From positions 14,322,001 through 14,386,000 of the forward strand of contig CM022673.1 of NCBI GenBank assembly GCA_012295275.1: DNA of 64,000 nt. The letters are read 5' to 3'. How positions within the stretch are numbered: position 1 is the stretch's first letter; the number at the start of each line of letters is the position of its first letter. The notes beneath the pieces were generated by a model. It did no database searches and had not been told where the DNA came from. It saw nothing but the letters and a program-made list of their open reading frames with translations. A program made the position numbers and the translations under genes. Origin of the DNA: Chrysomallon squamiferum. Lineage: Eukaryota > Animalia > Mollusca. Positions 41,901 through 52,261 of this stretch are shown here, one piece after another.

Positions 41901-44900
41901 CTTCTGTTTAGTAAGTAATTTTCAGTGATTAGTTTTACACTTCTGTTCAGTAAGTAATTGTCTTCTGTTCAGTAAGTAACTGTCAGTGGTTAGTTTTACA
42001 CTTCTGTTCAGTAAGTAACTGTCAGTGATTAGTTTTACACTTCTGTTTAGTAAGTAATTTTCAGTGATTAGTTTTACACTTCTGTTCAGTAAGTAATTGT
42101 CAGTGGTTAGTTTTATACTTCTGTTCAGTAAGTAACTGTCAGTGGTTAGTTTTACACTTCTGTTCAGTAAGTAATTGTCAGTGGTTAGTTTACACTTCTG
42201 TTCAGTAAGTAACTACACTCAGTGGTTAGTTTTACACTTCTGTTCAGTAAGTCAACTGTTCAGTAAGTAATTGTGTCAGTGGTTAGTTTTACACTTCTGT
42301 ACACAGTTTTACAGTCAGTGTGGTTAGTTTTACACTTCTGTTCAGTAAATAATTGTCAGTGATTAGTTTTACACTTCTGTTCAGTAACTAATTGTCAGTG
42401 GTTAGTTTTACACTTCTGTTCAGTAAGTAATTGTCAGTGATTAGTTTTACACTTCTGTTCAGTAAGTATCTACACTGTCAGGGTTAGTTTTACACTTCTG
42501 TTCAGTAAGTAATTGTCAGTGATTAGTTTTACACTTCTGTTCAGTAAGTATCTACACTGTCAGTGATTAGTTTTACACTTCTGTTCAGTAAGTAATTGTC
42601 AGTGGTTAGTTTTACACTTCTGTTCAGTAAGTAACTGTCAGTGGTTAGTTTTACACTTCTGTTCAGTAAGTAATTGTCAGTGGTTAGTTTTATACTTCTG
42701 TTCAGTAAGTAACTGTCAGTGGTTAGTTTTACACTTCTGTTCTGTAAGTAATTGTCAGTGGTTAGTTTTACACTTCTGTTCAGTAAGTAACTACACTCAG
42801 TGGTTGGTTTTACACTTCTGTTCAGTAAATAATTGTCAGTGATTAGTTTTACACTTCTGTTCAGTAACTAATTGTCAGTGGTTAGTTTTACACTTCTGTT
42901 CAGTAAGTAATTGTCAGTGATTAGTTTTACACTTCTGTTCAGTAAGTATCTACACTGTCAGGGTTAGTTTTACACTTCTGTTCAGTAAGTAATTGTCAGT
43001 GATTAGTTTTACACTTCTGTTCAGTAAGTATCTACACTGTCAGTGGTTAGTTTTACACTTCTGTTCAGTAAGTAATTGTCAGTGATTAGTTTTACACTTC
43101 TGTTCAGTAAGTAATTGTCAGTGGTTAGTTTTACACTTCTGTTCAGTAAGTAACTGTCAGTGGTTAGTTTTACACTTCTGTTCAGTAAGTAACTGTCAGT
43201 GATTAGTTTTACACTTCTGTTCAGTAAGTAAGTTTTACACTTCTGTTCAGTAAGTAATTGTCAGTGGTTAGTTTTACACTTCTGTTCAGTAAGTAACTGT
43301 CAGTGGTTAGTTTTACACTTCTGTTCAGTAAGTAACTGTCAGTGATTAGTTTTACACTTCTGTTCAGTAAGTAATTGTCAGTGGTTAGTTTTACACTTCT
43401 GTTCAGTAAGTAATTGTCAGTGGTTAGTTTTACACTTCTGTTCAGTAAGTAACTGTCAGTGATTAGTTTTACAGTTCTGTTCAGTAAGTAATTACACTGT
43501 CAGTGATTAGTTTTACAGTTCTGTTCAGTAAGTAATTACACTGTCAGTGATTAGTTTTACACTTCTGTTCAGTAACTAATTGTCAGTGGTTAGTTTTACA
43601 CTTCTGTTCAGTAAGTAATTGTCAGTGATTAGTTTTACACTTCTGTTCAGTAAGTAATTGTCAGTGATTAGTTTTACACTTTTGTTCAGTAAGTAATTGT
43701 CAGTGATTAGTTTACACTTCTGTTCACTAGATGTCATATTAGTATGTGTAATATCAGTATATATAACATCTGTGTGCAATATACATACATACAGTATCAG
43801 TATGGGTAATATTTATATACATAATAACAGTATATGTAATTTCACTATATTTAATACTGGTAGTTCTGTAATGAGTTTTGTCTGTATGGCAGATCTGTTC
43901 TTTGAGTGTGTTCTTGTACAGTGATTTCACATTCCAACCAGTGCATCAAATACTGCTTTTACTTGTTACGCTTAAATTTTAAAAATAATGTTTTTGTTAC
44001 AGACCTACAAGTTTAAGTAGTACCAGTGTGTTCGGTGGGTCACCCTATTTCCAAAGTCTCACAGCTCCTGGTCCAGTCTCTCTCTCCACTCAGGGTAAGT
44101 GTGATACTGTACATCCTCTCTGCATGTAAGGAATGATGTGTGTGTTACCTCTGTCTGAGTGTAAAGAGTGATGTGTGTTATCTCTCTCTCTGTTTAACAA
44201 AAGGTTGAAGAACTTGTCATTCTCTGTTCTTTCTCCGTCCATAAAATAAAATATTTGAAATTATTCTCTTTTTTTTTTTTGTCTCTGTAGACTATGATTT
44301 ATTTATTTATATATGTGACAGGTTCTACAATGACATCATCATCCAGGGTGGTGTCTGGAGCGGGGGATGCCAGTAACACGGGCGAGACAAATGATGTTGT
44401 TAATGGTATCAGCAGGTTTGTTTGTCCACCCAAAATCTTCCCCTCACAGCAGAAACCAGCGGATTCTAACACAGGGTAAAATAAAATAAATTTTTATTTT
44501 TTATTTTTATTAATTCAAAAATGTGTAATGGAAATATTTCACACAAATCTTAATAGATACAGCTTTTAAGTTAAACTATTTAATTTAAGATTTTGGTAAA
44601 TGTTACTGGGACTAATTTGTATAATGTGTTTATTTTGTTTCTTTGGGTATTACTGTGGACAGTTCATATTATGTCAGTAGGAAGATATATATAAAAAATT
44701 GCTGTTAATGAATGTCTCTTTGTGTGACAGTAGCAAGCATTATTAAGAACTAAGCTGCCATAATCACTCTATTTTATTTAATTCATATATCTACAAAAAA
44801 AAAAATCTTCAATTTTTTTTTTTATTTTCTTATTTTTTCAAAATAAATGTCCATTCATTTGTTGGTTTTGTTACACTGTTAGAGAACACACACACACATT

Positions 44901-47271
44901 GCTGTATTGACATGTGAAATATTTACTCAGTAATTCATTGTCTGTGTTTCCAGGTTTCCACAGACGATGGAGCAGTTGTTAGAGAGACAGTGGGAGCAAG
45001 GTTCTCAGTTTCTAATGGAACAAGGACAGCATTTTGACAGTAATTTTACTTTCACATCACAGTATTAGAATTTGATTCACAGACTATGTTGACTGTTAAC
45101 ATATAACAACTCATTATAGTTAAACTGTTATATATTAAACTGTTACAGTTAAACTATTATTATAATTTGTTTTACAATTAAATTGATGTGTTTGAGTGTG
45201 TGTATAAAGGAATAACAATTATGTACATTTTTACATGAATTACAATTAACTGTTATGTTTACAGTCAAACTGTGTAGTGAATTACATTTAAGTGTTATGT
45301 TTAGTTATACTATGTAGTGAATTACAGTTTATTTTTAAGTTTACAGTCAAACTGTCTAGTGAATTACAGTTAAGTGTTATGTTTATGGTCAAACTGTGTA
45401 GTGAATTACAGTTAAATGTTATGTTTACAGTCAGACTGTATTGAGTTACAGTTTATTGTTATGTTTACAGTCAAACTATAATGAATTACAGTTAAGTGTT
45501 ATGTTTACAGTTGCCTCTCTGTTGAACTGTTTAAATCAGCTGAAGAGTGAGAATCAGAAGTTAGAGGAGTATGTGAAAAACCTCACTGACCGGCGTGACC
45601 ACTTGCTGACCGTCAACGCTCGGCTATCTCTGCCTTTCTCCAACATCAACAACATCGTCAACACATCACTTCCTGACTCATCTGACCACAAGGTAGATTT
45701 AGTTTTTTTTATCATTTATTACTGGTTTTTAATTAAAGCAGAATAAAAGTGTTTAATTTTTTTACTTAAAACTGACATTAGTACATATTAATTTGTTATA
45801 AGAAAAAATATATAAATTTAGAAAGTTAATTTAGGTTAACCCTTTCCTTGCAATAAGGAGATAGGTCTGTTAATTTGCTGTTAATTGCAGAAAGCAGATT
45901 TACCCTCAGCCAGTATGTGTCCTGACAGCTTTGTTGATTTTGCCAGGAGATAATTTAATTACATACTGAAAGTTTTGAGAATGGTTTAATACAAATATTA
46001 CTGTAATTTCATTTTTGACACTGTCTTTGTTACAGTGTTTGAGACCATGAAGAAAAATAAAAGATAATTGTTGACAGTTAGAATTAAACTGATTATCAAC
46101 ACTGATATTTTTTGTTTTCTGCAGGATCCAAGCTGTCCCATTTTAAGTCCGGCCATAATTGACAGTGTCCCCAGTCCTGTAGGTTAGTGAACATTTCACT
46201 TAGAACTGTTTTACTTTCTCCTTTACTCATGTAAATAATACATTTTTTGAAAATCATTGAATTTTCATTCTTTCTTCTGTATTACTATATCAGTTAAAAT
46301 TATCAGATGGATGCAGGTACGTGTGTTTTCGTGTGTGAGTGTTTAGGTATATGTTTTTGTGTATACATTGTGTGTGTGTGTGTGTGACTAACAATTTTAT
46401 TTCATCCAGTCAGTAATTAAACTGAAATTCACTGAAATGATAATTTTTCACAACAGAAAACTGACTTTAGAAACTTGTAGATAAATTATTATTATTATTA
46501 TTATTAAACTTTGGTTCTTATGTGATGTTACAACTTATGTTTGCTGTTTCAGAGTCTGATTCTGTGAGTGTTTACTCACATTCTAAGATGTCCGACATCT
46601 CTCTCACTTCAGATTCCTCCGTCTCAACTAGGGTAAGATTTTCAAACTGTTTAATCATTTGGTAACGTGTTATGTTTAAAATTAACGTCAGTCTTCATGT
46701 GACGAATGGTGTAATAGACAGTTTTAATATTCCAGTTTGGTAAACTGTTTATTCAGACCTCACTTGACTGTTCTTTTTAACAGAAATTAATGTTGTGAAC
46801 TGAATTATATTTAATTAAAATACATTATTATTGAAAATGGTTTTAATTAATTAGCTTTTATAGAGTGCTTCCAGTCTCATTAAATGAAACTGCCTTTATA
46901 GACAAATGTAGCATATCTTTTCTAGATATATACACTCATATACACACAGATATAGATATAAATATAGATTTAAATGTAGTTATATCTATAGATATAGATA
47001 TATATAGACATATGTAGGTATAAATATAAATATAGATGTAATAGGTATATAGATACATGAATGGATAGATACAGATATATATAAACACAAAGAATTATTT
47101 TGATGATCTGTTTTTTTATCAGTTTTATTCTTTCTGTTTCAGGACCCTTCATCTCAAGTTTTGAGCTCCTCGACAAACTCTCCACTGACCAGTTCCCAGT
47201 TCTCATCTGGTCACTCTCTCACTAACAGTACAAGTGCTATCAGGGACACACAGACAAAAGACAAAACGTGA
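35809..47271 (+). CDS. MLLT10: AF10/AF17-family protein (PZP domain plus OM-LZ; DOT1L partner), 16 coding exons, 2190 nt, 729 aa
   Basis: Starts MKAMVGGCCVCSDERGWAENPLVYCDG and contains EQLLERQW followed by a leucine zipper. Phase-consistent GT-AG exons: 35809-35917, 36025-36104, 36577-36631, 37014-37123, 37433-37536, 37916-38009, 38384-38500, 39317-39888, 40513-40680, 44003-44094, 44322-44475, 44954-45039, 45511-45692, 46125-46182, 46553-46632, 47143-47271. Likely co-orthologous to MLLT10 and MLLT6. Confidence 0.93.
36025..36104 (+). CDS. MLLT10: AF10 exon 2
   Basis: ACYGIVQVPTGPWYCRKCESQERQARV. Confidence 0.95.
36577..36631 (+). CDS. MLLT10: AF10 exon 3 (Zn knuckle)
   Basis: KCELCPQKDGALKRTDTG. 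Confidence 0.95.
37014..37123 (+). CDS. MLLT10: AF10 exon 4
   Basis: GWCHVVCALFIPEAWFANVQTMEPIVLKNVPGDRFNK. Confidence 0.95.
37433..37536 (+). CDS. MLLT10: AF10 exon 5 (PHD2)
   Basis: VCYICEEHGRETKATSGSCMTCNKNGCKQNFHVT. Confidence 0.95.
37916..38009 (+). CDS. MLLT10: AF10 exon 6
   Basis: CAQSQGLLCEEAGNYGDNVKYCGYCVYHYKKL. Confidence 0.95.
38384..38500 (+). CDS. MLLT10: AF10 exon 7
   Basis: KKDANIKIIPAFKPIPSENATPDSTPEK...; phase 0-0; NAGNAG-type acceptor (cagaag). Confidence 0.85.
38761..39202. mobile_element. Decayed MITE-like element in AF10 intron 7
   Basis: Left end TTAA-ggggacacactaggcaaaaa versus right end tttttgccacatgtgttcc-tt: imperfect TIRs, with TTAA at one side. Confidence 0.4.
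39317..39888 (+). CDS. MLLT10: AF10 exon 8 (Ser/Thr-rich linker)
   Basis: Matches ORF 39320-39946; acceptor cccag, donor AG|GTATTT, phase 0-2. Confidence 0.85.
40010..40520 (+). repeat. Degenerate ~60-bp tandem repeat ending at the AF10 exon-9 acceptor
   Basis: About 8-9 copies of ttgttacagatctctgt...aaacctgtatttgagtttataaaaacagtttaatta. Confidence 0.8.
40513..40680 (+). CDS. MLLT10: AF10 exon 9 (basic, NLS-like)
   Basis: RSQDTVDKKKAKRGKQ...QKRKNGAANSSVQ; phase 2-2; donor CA|GTAAGT. Confidence 0.85.
40671..43730 (+). repeat. 39/44-bp minisatellite, ~75 copies, in AF10 intron 9
   Basis: Unit cttctgttcagtaagtaa(ctacac|t)tgtcagtg(g/a)ttagttttaca; begins inside the last ~10 nt of exon 9. Confidence 0.97.
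44003..44094 (+). CDS. MLLT10: AF10 exon 10
   Basis: PTSLSSTSVFGGSPYFQSLTAPGPVSLSTQ; phase 2-1; donor G|GTAAGT. Confidence 0.8.
44322..44475 (+). CDS. MLLT10: AF10 exon 11
   Basis: GSTMTSSSRVVSG...PADSNT; phase 1-2; an alternative same-phase donor lies after 44415. Confidence 0.75.
44954..45039 (+). CDS. MLLT10: AF10 exon 12 (octapeptide motif)
   Basis: FPQTMEQLLERQWEQGSQFLMEQGQHFD. Confidence 0.93.
45230..45512 (+). repeat. ~41-bp tandem repeat ending at the AF10 exon-13 acceptor
   Basis: About 7 copies of tgttatgtttacagtcaaactgtgtagtgaattacagttaag. Confidence 0.88.
45511..45692 (+). CDS. MLLT10: AF10 exon 13 (leucine zipper)
   Basis: IASLLNCLNQLKSENQKLEEYVKNLTDRRDHLLTVNARLSLPF. Confidence 0.92.
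46125..46182 (+). CDS. MLLT10: AF10 exon 14
   Basis: DPSCPILSPAIIDSVPSPV; strong acceptor, donor G|GTTAGT. Confidence 0.7.
46553..46632 (+). CDS. MLLT10: AF10 exon 15
   Basis: ESDSVSVYSHSKMSDISLTSDSSVSTR; donor |GTAAGA. Confidence 0.7.
47143..47271 (+). CDS. MLLT10: AF10 exon 16 (terminal)
   Basis: DPSSQVLSSST...QTKDKT*; TGA at 47269-47271. Confidence 0.7.
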   Translation, partial: DPSSQVLSSSTNSPLTSSQFSSGHSLTNSTSAIRDTQTKDKT

Positions 47272-47406
47272 TGCTACGACTTTGATGTAACCTATTTCTC
47301 CTGTCAATCAAATTTTTCTCTTCTTGTCAGTCATGTGAAATCCCAGTTATACACAGACCAGTGATATAACAGTGTCAAAACCTGACTCAGTGCTTGTTAT
47401 TATTAA

Positions 47407-47449
<43 letters not shown>

Positions 47450-50400
47450 TTTTTTTTTTTTTTTAGGCTTTATTAATTTAAAAGTTTACCAAAAAAAAAA
47501 ATAACATTTAAAGATAAAGTTGAGTTTGATGTCACAGTTAAAATTACAATTTAATGAATTTAATGACATAATCTAGATTAAATTGATTTTCTAACTAGTT
47601 ACTGGGAGTCAAATCTTTGCTCATTTTAAAAAAAAAATAGTTTTTGACAAACAGAACAGCAAGTACCTTTGATTTTTAATTTAATTGGGTTTGTCTTGAT
47701 AGTTTTTAAAGTATAATTTCACAACAAATTATTACAAATTATACACAACACATAAATATATATATTATTTTTTAAATAAATATATATATATATATATATA
47801 TAACATGTTAATAAAATGCAGTAAGATATGTTTTTATTACTGAACTATACTAAATAATTTTACTACATATGCCAAAAAAAGTTTTTATTTGAACCATATT
47901 TAATTACACACATGAAATGTTCACATCTTCATTCTTATTTCTAGGATCTCACTGTAAACAAATTCTGACTTTGTTTTAAATATTTCTCAATATAACAAGC
48001 ATGAGAAAAGACCAACAGACACAAACAAAATTCCCAATATTCTCTGCACTTTTTATTTATTTATTTATTTATTTATTTTTTTGTTTTCCTTTATGTTGTC
48101 ATTTTCATCATGTGTACCATTCACTTTCAGAAACAGCAATTCTTCTAAAATGTCTAGATAGCAATGATTTTTTTTATGGAAAATCCATACTTGCCATACT
48201 TAAACTTTTCAGTGAAAGTCTGATCAAATGTGTCACTTTTTCAAGCAGTCAGTATAGACAGGCCTAGAGTGTAAATGATGTTTCTATTCCATAGTGACAG
48301 AATATTATGTGAGTAACACAACTGATTGAAATCCAGAATTCTGCAACATTCATTTTTACTATTCACTGTTCATCTTATATATTTTTTATTAATACATACA
48401 TCCTCAAACGTCATCATGCTGATTTTAAATATATATTTTTTTCCAGTCTGTATATTATATTTCTGAGTGTTATTTTGTACTAATTTTCTTTACATTTATA
48501 TTTGACCTGGAGTAGCAGAAATTCTTTTTACATAACACCCTAATTTTCATAGTAAATATGATTCATTTTAACATTTTTGTTTTATCAGATGTTGAACAGT
48601 ATAATAATAATAATAATGATATATAGACACACTCACACATTCATTTCATTCTTTGTTGGTTTCAGAATTGCATGTTTTATGACAGTTGACATTTTCTCAG
48701 TGTGACCAAACATAATGTATTCCACATTCAGATGATGGAAATAAAGGCAGCACTGTTCATTTTAAAATGTTTGTATATAAAAATGTTTTTTTATTCTCAC
48801 TGGCATTCACAGATTGACCCAACTGTGTATAGACATATTTTATCTACTGCTCTGAGCTTGTTTGTTGCATGTTTTGAGAGGTGAGAAAATAATAATAATG
48901 AACTAAAGTCTTATAATAGAGGTTCCATAGCTCCAGGGTTCAGTTCTTGACTCTGGAGATTTGTCCTAGATTTGAAAGTAAAACTTTTTTTAATCTCCAA
49001 AGTTGAAGGTCAAACTATTTTACTGGATATTTTCTAAGGTCAAACCTCGTTTATGGGATATTTTCTGAGTTAAAGGTCAAACTGGTTTTACTGGACATTG
49101 TATAGATTAAAGGTCATTCTATAATCACTGGGGGTTACAGAGGTGAGAATGTGAGTGAGAGACTGAAAATGATTTCAGATAACAGAAATGCAAGGAGCAA
49201 TACTTGAAGGAAACTGGCTAGATTATTTATTAATACAATACTGATTGCTTACAACACTTTCAGTACGTGAAAACTTTTGTTAGACTGTGTGAGGTGATTG
49301 TGTTATTAATTAATTTTATAGCAGGGTATAGCTTGGTGTGAGTTCAGTATATTATCTACTGAATACGATAAAACTGAGTTGTTTCTCGAAAGTTATCCTT
49401 AGTGTTTGAGCAGGATAGTGTTTGTAGTTCTGTAGCAGGAACTGTGTGTTACGGGTAGCCTGGCTGCGCAGGTTATTAAATTACCAAATAAACAGCAGAA
49501 ACTGCTGTAGTCTGAGCAGGATACAACTTGGTACACCACAGACATTCACAGCAACACTAAATACTACATCCTAAGTCAAAACAGTTAGAATTTTAAAGTA
49601 AAATTTTTGGAATACAGAAGTTGAGTAGGAAACAATCTAGTGATCAAAATAGATAAACTAAATGGCCAAACAGGATTAGATTGTAGGATTCAGTATTACA
49701 GGATACTAACTAAATGACAGAATAGGATGGTTTGTAGGACAAATAGTTAAAAATGTTTACGAAAACAACTGAAGGTGTACAGTTGTGTATCATTGTTTAC
49801 ATATATAATATATATATATCAGGCTTTTGTTGCTGTTTGTACCGTTTATTGTGTTCAGTAATACATTACTTCAGTTTCAGCATAAATGTTTTCATGTACA
49901 TAAATGTACATACAATGTTACTTCATTTTAAATGTTTTGATATACACTTGTATATATACATCACACATTTTATTGTCACTAAATTCTATCTTTGTTTCCT
50001 GTGATTTTCTTCTGTAAATACTTTCAGTGGCTTATAATTTCATTTCTTCGTTTTTGTCTTTTACTTTTTTTCTCTTGGTAAATTTTGTTATTTTGTTAAA
50101 ATAGGGTTTTTTTCTTTAAAAATGTTTTTATTTTTTAATAATTTTATTGTTTATGTTAATGTATGTTGTTTGACTTTGTTATATCAAGTTATGAAGTACA
50201 AGAGAAATGAAAATCTATAAATGAACAAAGAAAACTAAGTTAAAGATCTGTATTTTCACCAGAAAAAAAGAAATTTCTTAAAATGTTGGGTGACAATTTC
50301 TGCCATAATGCCATACAAGAAGGAAAGAAAATCAATTTTTTTTTTCCCATTATTTTCATTTACAATAATTTTTGGAAAATTGTTTTGATTTTTAAAAAAT

Positions 50401-50522
50401 TAAGGGAGAATATAAATGATGTAAAATCCAATTTTATGAAAACTGTTTTCTATAATAATATTTATTTCTAGTAACTTTATTATTTGTTTTAAAATCTGAT
50501 TCCTTTTTACATATTTGGACAT

Positions 50523-50921
50523 ATGTGACCCATCACATCAAGTCAGGTCTTAAATCACATGACCAAGTATTCAGCTTTAGCCAACAGTAGTGAAATGACC
50601 AAAATGAATACATATTTTGTTAAAACATGGTTTATGTATGTGAGTGTGTGTGTGTATGTATATGTATACCTGATATCTTTGATGCAGTCAACAAATTGAT
50701 AGAAATTAATCTAATGCATTTTTTAGAGCACTTTCATTCGCAGGGTCCCTCTTCTTTCCAAGAAAAAGAAACCATTTTTCACATTATCTCTAGAACTAAA
50801 ACCAAATATGAGGATGATTTAGATAACAGAATGAAGCTTGTGGAACAGGGAATCGGAAAATGTTCATAACCCAATTAGTGAAAATGCTGCATAAGACTAG
50901 AATCATTGTGATGGGTCACAT
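50523..50921. mobile_element. ~400-bp non-autonomous DNA-transposon-like element
   Basis: TIRs atgtgacccatcaca...gtctta and taagac...tgtgatgggtcacat (15-bp perfect, ~30-bp imperfect). Confidence 0.7.
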
Positions 50922-52185
50922 GTTTTCAAAATTATTCAAACTCTAAAGATTCTGTAATGTAATTCGTCTTGTATTGTTTCTTAAAATATTTTAATTAAAT
51001 TATTGCTACTAATAAAGTGCATTGTTTTCTATAAGTGATTGATACAAAAAGAGTTTTTGCTCAAGAAGTTTGATTTGAAATGTAATAAAATTCATTAAAT
51101 AACAATAACAAACAAATTTAATACACAATATATTATTGTTTGGTCTTGTAATTTTGTGTTTATTGCAGCTTGGTTTACAAACTTTGTTTTGATTTTGCTT
51201 AAATACTAATATATTAGAAAAAACTGTAATTCAAGAACAAAATGTGTAAAGAAACTGCTTGAAAAAGAAAACAGTATTATGATAAATCTGTTTTGTTGTA
51301 TTCTGTTGACTGTTCTATGTTTTGTTGTTGTCTGACATTGTTTTTATCTCACTCTGGGGTCACATGAGGATTTTTCTCTTGAATGAAAATGTCATATTTT
51401 CCAGATGTCTTGAAAAAACAGACTTTCTGTTATCAAGATTATTTTTTTTTAACTTGTTACATTCTTGTAAAATAAATCTGAAATGCCAGTCTATTTCTTT
51501 GTTTTGTTTTATTTTTATTCATTTATTACAAAATTCTGTTTCACAATCTAAACAAAAAGTTTTACATACAAATGTAGTTAATAATAATGTTTGATTCAAA
51601 AACAAAAAATAATAATAATAAATAAAAAAATAAAATTTCTTACTACAATCCATCAACAGAATGACCATCACAGCTACATTACTGGGAGTAATGTTCTAGA
51701 CATATTTCTGAATGACACAGAATTTGTCCCATAGAAGGTCCATCCTATTTGCAAGCAAAGATGGGAACAAAAAAAAAAAAAAAAAAAAACCCTCCATACA
51801 TTAGAAATGTTGCTTCATTATTTTATAAAAACCATAAAGTGTGAATCTGCAATTTTATCTGACAGTGATCAACTCAGTGCACAATAAAACCTTGTTTGAT
51901 AAAAACAATATTATATTTTTTGACAAAATCACATTTTTCATATTGTTATGTTCTGTTTGTATTTAACACTATATTATGAGAAACAGTCATCGGAACAGAA
52001 AAGAACAGTTCTACACAAATTTTTAATTAATGCTGATAATTAGAAATGTTAAATAAAAATTATGATTATGTGTAGTAAAAAAATTGTCAAAAAACCAAAT
52101 AAAAACTCCAATAATAATAAAAATATATATATGTACTTAAAGTGTGAAAAATCACAGTATCACATGAGTGGTATAATAAACATAT

Positions 52186-52261
52186 TTAACATCCAGGATA
52201 TTCAAACACTGCAGCAGCACCCATTCCAGTCCCTACACACATTGATACCACTCCATAACTC
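52186..52261 (-). CDS. ACAA1: ACAA1 exon 12 (terminal)
   Basis: [25 protein letters not shown]. Confidence 0.95.

Noticed and set aside
40671-43730. CRISPR-like appearance of the long array (also 12850-13104 and 13851-14008)
   Set aside because: Units are head-to-tail with no unique spacers, there are no cas genes, and the context is eukaryotic.
40671-43730. Recursive-splicing (ratchet) sites in each unit
   Set aside because: Ratchet points need AG|GT. Here CAGTAAGT shares a single G, so acceptor use would destroy the donor.
43576-43779. ORF with repeated VKLITDNYLLNRS
   Set aside because: Antisense translation of the 39-bp repeat unit; no other coding evidence.
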